A stretch of DNA of 64,000 nt from Salpingoeca rosetta (Eukaryota > Protista > Choanoflagellata), in NCBI GenBank assembly GCA_033442325.1, contig JAWQFM010000012.1:560122-624121 (forward strand). The letters run 5' to 3'. The position numbers were made by a program, and so were the translations under genes. Under the pieces are notes generated by a model. That model was not told where the DNA came from. It was given only the letters and a program-made list of their open reading frames with translations, and made no database searches. Of the stretch, positions 34,939-47,600 are shown piece by piece. Numbering within the stretch: the stretch's first letter is position 1; each line of letters starts with the position of its first letter.

Positions 34939-35531
34939 AGATGCGCTTGCCAAGCTGACCCCCGTGGAGCGGTCCTTGGCGCTGGTGTCGCGTGCGTCGT
35001 CAGCACCTCAGCCGGTTGTGCTCGAGCCGCCGCCGCACCCGAATGCGCCCGAGATTCGGCGGCAGGGGCGACCACGCAAGCAGCCCGATGTCGTGTACAC
35101 CACGCGCCTCTACGAGACCATCGCTCGCCCGCCCGCCACCACACACGATGGCGATGATGGCGATGGTTTTGGTGATGGTGGTGGTGATGGTGATGGTGGT
35201 GAGGGTGTTGATGGTGAGAGTGAAGACGAGGGTGAGGGTGACGGTCACGTCAAGGCAGAGGACAAGCCGCCGAGGACTGGTGAGGTTTGCTGTTGTGCAT
35301 GTGTGTTGCAGTGAGTGTGTGCGCACGTGGGTGGGTGGGGCGAGCCGATGCGCCTGTGCGCTGCGGTGCATATGAGCCATTGTCACCGACATACCTGTTG
35401 TTACTCACGACATGTGTATGCGACGTGCTTGTGTGTTTGCGCGCGCATTTGTGCCCGGATCATCCTCCACCACCACCACCACCACCACCACCACCACCAC
35501 CACCACCACCACCTCCTCCTCCTCCTCCTCC

Positions 35532-35585
<54 letters not shown>

Positions 35586-36863
35586 CTACCAGCGGTGCGC
35601 GTGCCGCCTGTTGTTGAGTGTGCTGTGCTTGATCCCAATACGGGCATGCCCGTCTACCACGAGGAGCACCCGCACGACACGGACCGCGACAGGAAGAAAT
35701 ACGAGCGCAAGCGCGACGAGGTGCGTGTGTATGTGTGTGTGTATGTGTGTATATGTGTGTCGTGTGGTGTATGTGTGTGCCGTGTGGTGTATGTGTATAT
35801 ATACATATGTGTGTGTGTGTGTGTGCGTGTGTGTGGCGTCTCGTGCAAAGCCGCTAGATTTGTTAGTTTGCGTGCCTGACCGTCGCCATTCGACACATGA
35901 ACCCGCTTCGACAGTCATCCTTACCACTTCCACGCTCATCACATTTATCACCATAACCACGTTCACCACATGCCCAGGACACGAGCGATGAGCGGTTTCA
36001 ACGGCGGCACGGCAAGCAGGAGTCGCTTGAGAGGCGCAACAACGCGTTTGGCGCCTACACCACACGCTTTGGCTACGAGCAGGCCCAACGCAAGCTTGCC
36101 CTCAGCCGGCACGGGCGCAGCAGGGCCCGGCGCAAACCCTCGGCAGCGCACCTCTCCTCATTCTGGCCACAGGGTGCGCATGTGCTGTGTGTATGTATGT
36201 GTATGTGTGTATGTGTGCATGTGCGTGCATGTGCTGTTGTTTGTTCGTTTGCAGTGTGTTGTGTGTGGTATGCTGTGTGCATGTGTGTGCATGTGCGTGC
36301 ATGTGTGTGTGCATGTGTGCATGTTTCGTGCACATGCACCAGTGATCTTTCACTGTTTGTAGATGACACCCACTTTTGCACGGAGTCTGACCCTCATCCC
36401 ACCAACACCAAACGCCATCACACACACACACACGTTCGTGTGCGTGCGTGTCTGCAGTTGAGGACCTGCGGACGCGCGATGGGGAGTATCCGACACTTCG
36501 TTTCGAAAAGCGGGAGAAACTTCCGCTTTACGCGTTTGGCGCCCTGGTGCCGCCCGTCAGCTCGCGGCCCTTCAGGTGATGCACTGTGACGTGATGCGAC
36601 AAGATGTGATTTGATGTAACATGATGTAACAAAATGTGACTTGATGGGGCATGGTGTGGCACTTCCCCTGTGTTGTGTGGCTGCTCTTGTACGCAAATGG
36701 TTGTTGCGTCATGTCCACGTTGCATGCTACGTGCATCCTTTTGTTTGTGTACCATGCCTCTTCTTCCGAGCTCACTTCTCTCCACCACCACCACCACCGT
36801 CTCCTGCTGCTCTTCGACAACAGACTTTCTCTACGCATGCTGGAAGCAGAAGAGAAGGAGTAA
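32212..36863 (+). CDS. Large Q-rich/acidic protein with AT-hook and C-terminal PEHE domain, MSL1-like (stop at 36579 or 36863)
   Basis: Long exon ~32532-35279 (polyQ, acidic tracts, RRQGRPRK); 35593-35720 (AVRVPPVVEC..RDE); 35978-36173 (DTSDERFQRRHGKQESLERR..LSSFWPQ); 36458-36575 (..LPLYAFGALVPPVSSRPF). Confidence 0.7.
35468..35586. repeat. Compound trinucleotide tract (CAC)n(CTC)n(ATC)n in an intron
   Basis: Read directly from the sequence. Confidence 0.9.
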
Positions 36864-37286
36864 CAGAGCACACAAAGAACACCGAAGCAAAACAACAACC
36901 CCACCCCCTGGCAGCCCAGCCACATTTGTCACCTTCCCCATCCCTTCTTCAACCTGATATGCGCCCCCTTCTTGCTTTGTCCGTACTTTTTTGCGTGGTG
37001 CCAGTTGTTTGAACACGTACCACATGTTGACAGTTGTTTGTGATAACAACATATTTCACACGGCATCAACACACTAGCTTGTTCCGTCGTGCTGCCTTCT
37101 TACATTACCTGCCTACACCCCCCCCGCCTTTGTCCCTTGTTGCTTCCTTGCAATGTTGTTATGCTCCCATCAGCACATATTTGCATGTGAGTGGTTCCAT
37201 AATGTAAGCATCTGTCAGCTTCGTTTGTTGTATTGCAGTGTCTGACCACCAAAGTAAATGAACACGCGCGCAGTCAAAGGGAACAG

Positions 37287-37372
<86 letters not shown>

Positions 37373-37749
37373 GTGATGCGTGGATGCTGCTGGGGAGTGA
37401 TGGTGTGTGTTGGCTGGCTCGCTGTCACGTTTGTTGTTTGGTAGTGTGGTTTGGTTGCCAGCCGCCTCCATTTTCTGGCATGGTGGTGGTGGTGGCAAGG
37501 CGTCATGCAGGGGCAATTATTGAGCGAGAGCAGGCATGCTACCACGCTCTGGCGAACGTAGGAACAAAGGACGAGGAGGTGAAGGCGAAGGTGCAAGAGA
37601 CAACGAATGCGTGTGTGTATGCGTGCGTGTGTATGTGTGCGTGTGTATGTTTGCGTGTGTGGTGGGAGGAAAATCAGCAAAGAAGACGGAGAGAAAGCAA
37701 CGGACACACAAAGCCACTTTGTATGTGTTGCGCTGGCGCGCCAAGCGGA

Positions 37750-38061
37750 TCAGATGACGTTCATCTGGCCGTCGCCGTAGAACGCGGGCGGGGCGACGTT
37801 GCGCTTGATGCACAGGAAGTTGAGGCGGCTGGCAAACTCGTTGATGTTCACATACACCCCCTTGCGCAATGACGAGATGAACCAGGGTAGTTGGTGGGTG
37901 GTTGGCGGTGAGTGAGCACAGAAGGGAGACACAATTAGAGTGGAGTGGGGTGGGAGGAGGCAACAGGGAGGCCCTCGAACAACAACAACAACAACGATAC
38001 AGGCACGCAGTGGCACATACACAGTTGCCCACACACAGTTGCCCACACACACACACAGTTG

Positions 38062-38128
<67 letters not shown>

Positions 38129-39012
38129 TGAGGTGGCGGTGGCCGTGGGTGCGGAGGTCAAAGGCGCGGCGACCATGCAGCATGCGCCTGTTGTTGAAGG
38201 TGAGCACGTCCCCCGTGTGCAGCCGGCGCTCGACATGCAGGTCGTCCCAGGCGTGGATGCACTGCGCAAAGGCAACATATGCCTCGTAGAAGGCAGAGAC
38301 CTGGTCGACGGGCAGCGTGTTGGGCAGCGGGCCTTCAAAGGGAGGGCTCCACGTCACCTCCACTATCTCGCCATTGTGGTCTAGGCGGATAATGGGTTTG
38401 AGCGACGCAATGTGCACAGGCAGCTCGCGCTCATAGTGCACCTGCACATGACATGGTGTTGTGGGTGGTGTTTGGAATGGAGGGTGGGAAAGAAAGAAAA
38501 GGTGAGCGCGTTGTTAATGACACAGAGCGATGTGTGTGTGTGTGTGTCTGTGTGTGTGTGTGTGAGTGAGTGAGTGATACAGATTGGTATGGAAGGCAGC
38601 TACTTGCTTGCGCACGTCCATCTCCTCACTACCGCCACGCGCACACGTGTGTGCACACACCTTCTGGAACCGCATTGGGACGCGGGTGAGGACGTCAAAG
38701 TGGGCCGGGTGCAGGTCGCGGAAGCGGGAGGCAACCGCAAACGCATCCATCAGCACAGACTCGCCGCCAGCGACCGTGTCGTCAAACTGCAGAGCGTGCA
38801 GGAACTGCAGCCCTGATGCGGCCGTGTCCGTTTTGCAGGCGAAATGGGATGAAGCAGTGGTGTGTGGTGCGAGTGGAGCGGGGTGAGGAACCAAAGGGAA
38901 AAATGGCAGGCAGGGAGGCGAACAAAAGACGAGAACAGAAAGGAAAAGATACAGACACAGACACAAACACACACACACACACATACACACACACGAAGAC
39001 ACAGACACACAG

Positions 39013-39044
<32 letters not shown>

Positions 39045-40139
39045 CCAGAGAGGAAAGCAGGCATTGTTTGTGTTGGGGGGCGGGGGTGCGGACCTGGCGG
39101 GGATTCGTAGTAGACGATGTCCTGGTGAAGTTCGAGCTGGGCCGTGCTGTAGGCGATGTTGATGGGCGCATCCGTCGCCACCACGTCAAACGTCGTCCCG
39201 TAGATGGTTGGCTGTGCACCGAAACGTGTGCATTGGTTGGGTGGTGGGCGGTGGGAGAAGGAGGTGGTGGGGACTTTTGACAGACACGCGTGTCAAAACA
39301 GCACAAGAAAACACAGACACACACGGACAGACACACGGACAGACACACACACACACACACACACGACACACGCACACACACACGACACACACACACACAG
39401 ACCTGCGGGTGGGAGATTGTGTTTGCGAGGTTGACGACTGCGTCCGTGTTGCCAGCAGCACCGGATATGACGGCATATCCGGTCTGGCCGAGGTCGTTCA
39501 ACCACGCAAACAGCGCATTCTCGTCTGCAAGCACGTCACTGTACTCGTGCACGCGCTTCTTCCTCCCGGCAGCAGCGGTGGCACTGGCATTGTTGGCAGC
39601 ATCAGCAGAGGGTGGTGGTGTTGTTGCGTCGTTTGTTGGGGTGGCGAGGGGGGCGGTGCGCAGGCAGTGGAGAGGCGTCATGCTCACGTGTCCGTCACAT
39701 GCAGCCCGCAGACACGCTGCAACGGGCAGTGTGATGTGTAAACGTGTGTGTGTGTGTGCACGTGTGTGTTGCGTGGGAATGAGAAATGCGGGCGAGAGAT
39801 GAGGGCGTGCGACATCAAAATCGCACAGGCACACAGACACACAGACACACACAGATACACAGACACACACAGATACACAGACACACACAGATACACAGAC
39901 ACACACAGACACACACACACAAACACACAGATACACATCAGGTGGGGGTGTGGGTGCTGTGACTGACTGTCTTCGATGGCGAGCGGGGTAACTTTGTTGA
40001 CAATCTTGAGATCCTGACTCATCAGCAAGCGCTGCCCACTATGGAGGTGGTGGCGGCGGCGGTGGTGGTGGTGGCGGTGACGAGCCGGCTGGGCGGAGAG
40101 GCTCAGGGCAAGCACACAGACACACACAGACACACATAG

Positions 40140-40174
<35 letters not shown>

Positions 40175-40447
40175 CACAGGCACACACACACACACACACA
40201 GAGTGCTGCTGTCACACCTGTGTCGCTGGACACAGTCTGGGCATGCGCAGTTGTGGCGAAGCCAGGTGGCATTGTGCTGTGTTTCCACGCCGTCGCTCCA
40301 TGTGACCTTCACAACATTGTCACACGAACCAACGACAGCCTTCACAGCATGGCTGACAAAGGGCACCGTTGTTGCGGGCACGTGCGTGAGGGGTGTGCAA
40401 TTCAAAAGACCAATAACATCACCACTCACAACACACACGCACACACG

Positions 40448-40537
<90 letters not shown>

Positions 40538-40596
40538 TACAAAGCTCTGCGGGAGGTGCGGAGCAGAGCTGACGACAAAGCGTTCAAGGAAGCCAT
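37750..40596 (-). CDS. Gamma-butyrobetaine/trimethyllysine dioxygenase-like Fe(II)/2-oxoglutarate enzyme (TauD fold), predicted mitochondrial
   Basis: Transit-like [19 protein letters not shown]; Zn-binding [14 protein letters not shown]; [28 protein letters not shown] (HxD); [10 protein letters not shown]; [13 protein letters not shown] (distal His and Arg). Confidence 0.9.
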
Positions 40597-41518
40597 TGTT
40601 GCTCGCCTGTGAGATGGGGGCGCACACACGTGTGTCAATGTTGTGAGCAGAACTAGAGGCAGACACACACACACACAAAAACAAACACATAAACACATAA
40701 ACACACACAAACACACACACACACACCAACACAAAAACAAACACATAAACACATAAACACACACAAACACACACAAACACACAACACACACACACACACA
40801 AACACACTCACGACGCTCTTAGCGGGATGCACGACGTGTAGGAAGCTTCCAGCGAATGACTTTGGTGGATCCCTCGGCGAGCAAAATGGTTCCTTTCTTG
40901 GCACCAGCCATAGGCCCTGCGGTGCGCAAACGGTGTCACACACGGAGGTGAACAAGGCCTCAAACACGCAGCCACGCGTTTGAGATGAAGAGTTGGTGTG
41001 CGTCTCCGGGTCGGGGAAGGCCAAAGATCAAGGCCACTCGGCTAATAACCGCAACTGCAAACAAGAGAGCTGGAGCTGGGCAAGCAATGCGAACACGAGT
41101 TCAACAACAGCGGTGAGCGCGCACGTTTATGTGAACGAATGAACAGATGAATGAACGGAAGAAGCTAAGCAACGCACGTTGACGCAATCGGGAACCGCTT
41201 GCTTGCTCGCTTGCTCTCTCGCTCGGTCGCTTGCTGACACGTCACATACCACCACGCGCTCCCACTCACGCAAGTTGAAGGATTGCCGTAATCGACGCAG
41301 GAACCTGCGCAGCAACGTCACAAGTGAGGGGCAGCTGTGGATGCAAAGAAAGCGCTTGCTTGCTTGCTTGTCTCGTTGCTTGCAGCAGCGACAGCGTTGT
41401 GGAACGTGTGTGTGCGTGTGGGTGTGGGTGTGTGCACGTCGTTGTTGTTGTGCAGAGACGAGTTGACGAAAATACCATGAAGATATACGTGAATTGTCAG
41501 TGACGCCAACGCCGCTTG

Positions 41519-42741
41519 ATGCTGGCGATGATGACGATGACAACGCAGGCGGTGCTGAGCAGGGGAAGTGGGATGGTGGAGCAAGTCAGTGCAAGGGTGG
41601 TGGCTGCCTTTGTGGGGAGAAGGGGTGTAGCAGTGCGGATGAGGACGGCAACAAGAAAGGCAAAGCAGCAGCAGCACCAAGCGAGAGCCATGTCGTCCTC
41701 GCTGTCGTCGTCGCTGCGGACACGGACTTCGCAAACATTACCCACACAATCAACCACAACAGCACCAACAACGGCAGTGACAACAGCAAGAGTGGAGCAA
41801 TGCAGCTGCCATCGCGTGCAGTGGCAGCAGCAGCGTCGACCAATGGCGGCACTGGTCAAGGCCATGGGAAAAGGATCCTGGAAGGAGGAGGCAGACAGGC
41901 ACCTGGCACTGAACCAGCAGCAGCTGATCCAAGCGCTGACCAGCGATTCCCGCATGCTCACCGTCACCGAGGGGCGACAACAATTCCCCGTGTTTGCACA
42001 GCTGCTCAGCACGGCCATGCATGCTCGCATGCTCGGTGTCTGGCAGGACCTCAAATGCATGTACAACCCGTTGGACCCGGACAAGGACATCAAGTCACTG
42101 CCACGCGCCACCACCGCGAAAGACGCCCTCCACGACTACCAGCGCTTCATGTCTCTCTTCTCCAAGATTGTCGACAACGCCAACTTTGATCGTCTCCCCA
42201 CGAGTGCGTTGTGCGTTCGGTCGTTCGTGTGCGTGTGTGTTTGTGTGTGCGTGCGTGTGCGTGCGTGTGTGTGTGTGTGCGTGCTGTGCGTGCGTCTGTA
42301 TGTGTGTGTGTGTCTGTGTGCGTCTGTATGTGTATGCGTGTGTGTGTGTGTGCGTCTGTATGTGTGGATGCGTGTGCGCGCGTCTGTATGTGTGTGTGCG
42401 TCTTGAGTGCGTGTGTATTCACCGTTCGCATGCCTGTACGCATACTTGCGTGTGTGTACGTGCTCATGCTTCCTGTGCTCCATGTTTGCCGACAGCACGG
42501 TTGGCGGCGGAGGTGCAACAGAAGGTCACCGCAGAGGGCGTGAAGGTGTCCGCAGATCCGGTACGCACATCGACACTGTTCACTGGCCCTATTGAGCGTG
42601 CTTCCAATATCGCTGGTTGGTTTTACCTGTGGCACACGCATTCGCACACGCACACAAATGTCATCTACACACACACGCTCACAAATGTCATCTCCACACA
42701 CACACACACACACACGCACACACACGCACACACACAACACA

Positions 42742-42774
<33 letters not shown>

Positions 42775-42794
42775 ACACAACATACACACACGTG

Positions 42795-42836
<42 letters not shown>

Positions 42837-43454
42837 GTCTGCGTTCCGGGACATTCGCGTGTGGACGCGTGGGACGACGTACGCGGCCGAGCGCACATGG
42901 CACCGACGGGCAACGACGCTGCTGCAGCGGCTGCGGGGCCAGCCTACTGAGGGCCCCAAGCACGTGTACCAGCGCGTGCTGCTGACGTATCGCGACCCAA
43001 CCAATGCATTGCACGTAAAACTCTTCAAGGACATCGAGGACGACCGCCTCGAGCTGCTCCTCCCAAATATCCGAATTGAAATGTCGGACTTTGACAAGTA
43101 CTTCCTGTACTCATCCGTGGCCATGGTGGGTATGACCAGCGCATACCGCCTCTTTAGCAACAGCGCCCTCACTATGGGCGTGCTGAGCAAGAGTCTTGCT
43201 GTCGTGCTAGCGGCTGCGGGTGTGGCGTTGTTGCAGTACTGGACAGGTCTGCGCAACAACAGGAACGCGTACACGGCCAAACACACGCAGCTGCTGTACA
43301 CCAACAACATCAGCGACAATCGCAGCGCCCTCGCCCTTCTCGTCGACCGCGCTACTGTGCGTTCGATTGTGCTGTGCTGTGTTGCGTGTGTGCGGTTATT
43401 ATGATCTGCAGCCACAACACTCTCCCAAGCCATTTCCCCTAGCCCTGACTCCCT

Positions 43455-43515
<61 letters not shown>

Positions 43516-43529
43516 CAACACACACTCAC

Positions 43530-43620
<91 letters not shown>

Positions 43621-44035
43621 CTTAAAACCAACAACAACTTACATTAAACAACAACAACAACTTAAACACCACCACCTCCTGCCTGTCCTCTCACGTATCC
43701 CATCATCACAGGAGGAAGAGTATGCAGAGCTGCTGCTCGCTTATTTCTTCCTGGTGACAACACCTGGCCCGCTGTCTGCGAAAGGATTGAGTATTTTGGT
43801 CGAGGAATGGCTGCTTGAAACGTTTCGGGCGCGCGCAACCTTTGATGTGGAGGATGCGTTGAAGAAACTTGAGGAGTTTGGGTTGCTGAAGGACAGGTGG
43901 TACGACAGGCAGCTTCGTTGTGACGTCGTCACTGCTCAACCACTTAAACGCGCCCTGACGCAATTGCAGGAGATGCCGCTGCAAGGCGTCGCCGGGTTGC
44001 AGCAGGGATACAAGCTGCAAACCATGGCCAACTGA
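41519..44035 (+). CDS. TMEM143: TMEM143 / DUF3754-like membrane protein (start uncertain)
   Basis: [41 protein letters not shown], two TM segments, [50 protein letters not shown]. Confidence 0.8.
43531..43620. repeat. (CAA)n microsatellite in an intron
   Basis: Read directly from the sequence. Confidence 0.95.
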
Positions 44036-44568
44036 AGTAAGTCGAACAGCTTTGTTGTGGTTGTTGTGTTTGTGTGTGTGTGTGCGTGTGTGCGTGTGCG
44101 TGTGTGTGAGCGAGTGCGTGATTGGGTGAGTGGGTGATTGGGTGATTGGGTGAGAAACTTGCATAGGGGGTGTGCACGTGTGGTCCTGCTGCCCATTTTG
44201 TTACTTGCGGCTTCGTGCGCTGGAAATGAAACCAGATCGTGTAATTGTTGAACGACCAACAACAAAAGCTTCTAAACGCAAAATGAGACACGGCACAGAA
44301 CGCGAAAGAGGACTACGAAACGCAAACACGCAAAACGAGAAACAAGACAGGAAAGCAGCGAGTGAATGAGCGAGTCAAGCCAGGGAGACAGCAGCGCGAA
44401 AGAGAGCCAAGCAACATGCATGCATGCAAAAGATCAAGGACGAGCACAACCGCAAACGCAAAAGGAAGCGAAAAACTGCAAGACGGAACATCATAACCCT
44501 GACAAAGTGAGGACTAACAAGGGTCACTCCAACACAAAGAGCGAGAGGGAACTAGAGAGAGAGAGAGA

Positions 44569-44636
<68 letters not shown>

Positions 44637-47600
44637 CTTGCGATTTCCCACATGACGACGCCAAAGGCCCAGACGTCGCTGCCTTGGGAGAAAATGCGGT
44701 CGTCCAGGGCCTCAATGGAGCACCACTTGACGGGAAGCTTCATGACCGTTTGTGACTGCCAGTGGTCGGAACCTTCAGGAAGGCGGCGCGTCAGGCCAAA
44801 GTCGGCGACCTAAACGTCATCGAGACGCAGCAAGACAAAAGGGTGCAGTGGTGTCAGTATCATGGTGTGTGAGCAACGCTGTCATCGGATCCAGTTGCGT
44901 CAAACAGCAGCAACGAATAGGTCAGTTGAACAGCAGCAGCAGGAACACCACCACCACCACCACCACCAACAACAACAACGCCACCAACAATAATAGCCGC
45001 TGCAACAGCAATCACCTTGATGAGGTTGCCGTGGTGGACGAGGCAGTTGCGAGCGGCAAGATCCATGTGCACCATGTTCAGGGATGCAATGTGCTCCATG
45101 CCCTTGGCAATCTGTTGCACACACACACACACATGCCAGACTCTTACGATGAGCAATGTCACAGATGTACTGCTGAAAGGCTGAAGACCGCCAGCCACTT
45201 GCAAAGTGGGAGAGGAAGAGAGAGGCAGACACGGAGTGCTTGTCTCTCTCGCTCTCTCGCTCACATACACACATATACACACATACGCACACACCTGGAG
45301 GGCGAAGGAGAGCTGTTCGTTGTAGGAGAGGGTGATGTCCTTGGCTGCGCAGCCCTTGAGGACATTACGCAAGTCGCCATACTCAAGAAACTCCAGGACC
45401 ATCAGCCACGGCCGCTGCTGCATCGCAACCCCAATCAGCTGAACACGACCATGATGGTGGTGGCGGTGATGATGGGGAAGACGAGTTGGTGGTTGAGATT
45501 TGTGTGCGTGAGTGAACAGCGCACGGGCGTGTCAGTGTGAGGAGAAGGCGGGACAAGAAGAGAAACATGTTTGATTGACATGCGCACGCGAAGGAAACAA
45601 CACCAAAGCGAAAGCACTTGGGCTCGACATGTGGACGCGTGCGCAAGCGAGTCCAACTATGATAAGTCCAACCATCACACTGGTTCATACGCTACGTTAA
45701 TTGAAATGCGCACCGTGACGAGGTTGTCGTGTTCAAGGTCAAGCATGATGGTCGCCTCCTTGATAAACTCCTCCTTGTCGTCATTGGAGGCGCCACCACG
45801 AAGCATCTTGACGGCGCGCCGGACCATGTTTCCACCATCCTCGCCCTGCCCATCAGCAACCGTCTGCCACGCAAGGTACACCTGCCCAAACTGGCCGGCG
45901 CCAATGGCCTTGACAGGCCGAAGGTCCACGCGGTGAACCTGCTTCTTGAACAGCGCTCCTGGCGGCGCCTCACGCTCCCCAACCGGCTGGAACGGATTGC
46001 CGCCTGGGAGGCCAGGGGACAGGGGTGAGTACGTGTGCGTGTGTTGTGAGTGAGTGAGTGAGTGAGTGAGTGAGTGAGTGAGTGAGTGAGTGAGTGAGTG
46101 AGTGAGTGAGTGAGTGAGTGAGTGAGTGAGTGAGTATGTGAGTGAGTGTGAGTGTGTCAGTGTGTGTGTGAGTGAGTGAGTGAGTGAGTGAGTGAGTGAG
46201 TGAGGGAACAGATGTGTGAATGTGCGCGCGCAAGTGCACGCGTACACGTGCATGAGCGCAATCGATGAAAGCAAGCATGGTCGCCTCCACAGCAGCATTG
46301 CAAGGATGCTTCACCAAAGGATCACGAGCGCACCTGTCTTTGCGACCTCCTCCTTGAACGCAGCAAACGCGTCACCGAACGATGTCGCAATGTCAAACGC
46401 ACGCTCGCCTGCAATTCAACCGGAGGAGGTGGAGGGATGGTGTGATTCGATGGGGCGTGACAGGAATAATGGGTGCGTGGGTATCGTTCATNNNNNNNNN
46501 NNNNNNNNNNNNNNNNNNNNNNNNNNNNNNNNNNNNNNNNNNNNNNNNNNNNNNNNNNNNNNNNNNNNNNNNNNNNNNNNNNNNNNNNNNNNNNNNNNNN
46601 NNNNNNNNNNNNNNNNNNNNNNNNNNNNNNNNNNNNNNNNNNNNNNNNNNNNNNNNNNNNNNNNNNNNNNNNNNNNNNNNNNNNNNNNNNNNNNNNNNNN
46701 NNNNNNNNNNNNNNNNNNNNNNNNNNNNNNNNNNNNNNNNNNNNNNNNNNNNNNNNNNNNNNNNNNNNNNNNNNNNNNNNNNNNNNNNNNNNNNNNNNNN
46801 NNNNNNNNNNNNNNNNNNNNNNNNNNNNNNNNNNNNNNNNNNNNNNNNNNNNNNNNNNNNNNNNNNNNNNNNNNNNNNNNNNNNNNNNNNNNNNNNNNNN
46901 NNNNNNNNNNNNNNNTAGGTAGGTTGCTCAAACACGCCGATGATGCGGCCTGTTGCCTCCCCAGAGGCATTTCGCCCGCCAGAGGCTGCGGCAGCCTCGA
47001 CTTGTGAAGGATGGCGTTAGAGGAAAGGAGGATTGTGTGCGGTTGTCAAGTGGTGGTGATGCAGACGTTAGGCGTTGGTGTGGAGGGACATACACAGAAA
47101 GATGGGAAGAAAGACAGACAAGATGGACAGACAGAGAGAACGACGGACGCACATTTACAGACAGACAGATGGACGAACAGAGAAAACGTCAGGGAGACAG
47201 ACAGAGAGACAGAGACACAGACAGACACAGACACCGACAGGCAGACAGACAGACACCACAGGACGTGCAAACAAGCGAACCTCCTCTGGGGATTTCCCGT
47301 CCATGATCTGTGCGGCCATCTGCTCCTGCTGCTTCTGCTTCAGCTCGGCGACGAGCGCCTTCTGGGCGGTGTCGATGGCGCGGCGAATCGAGGGCGTGCC
47401 TTCTTCGATGGCGCTGGGGGTGAACACGCTGCAGTGCATCCGGTCGAGACGCCGTTCGTGCACGATGTACGAAAAATGCTCGCCAGTCATCTTGGCATAC
47501 GACACGTCCCGGATGAAGAAGTGTTGCAGCTCCCTGGTGGTGACAGGTGGTGGCAGTCGGGTTGGTTGTTCAGGGGGTTGGGTTGGGTTGGGAGACAAGG

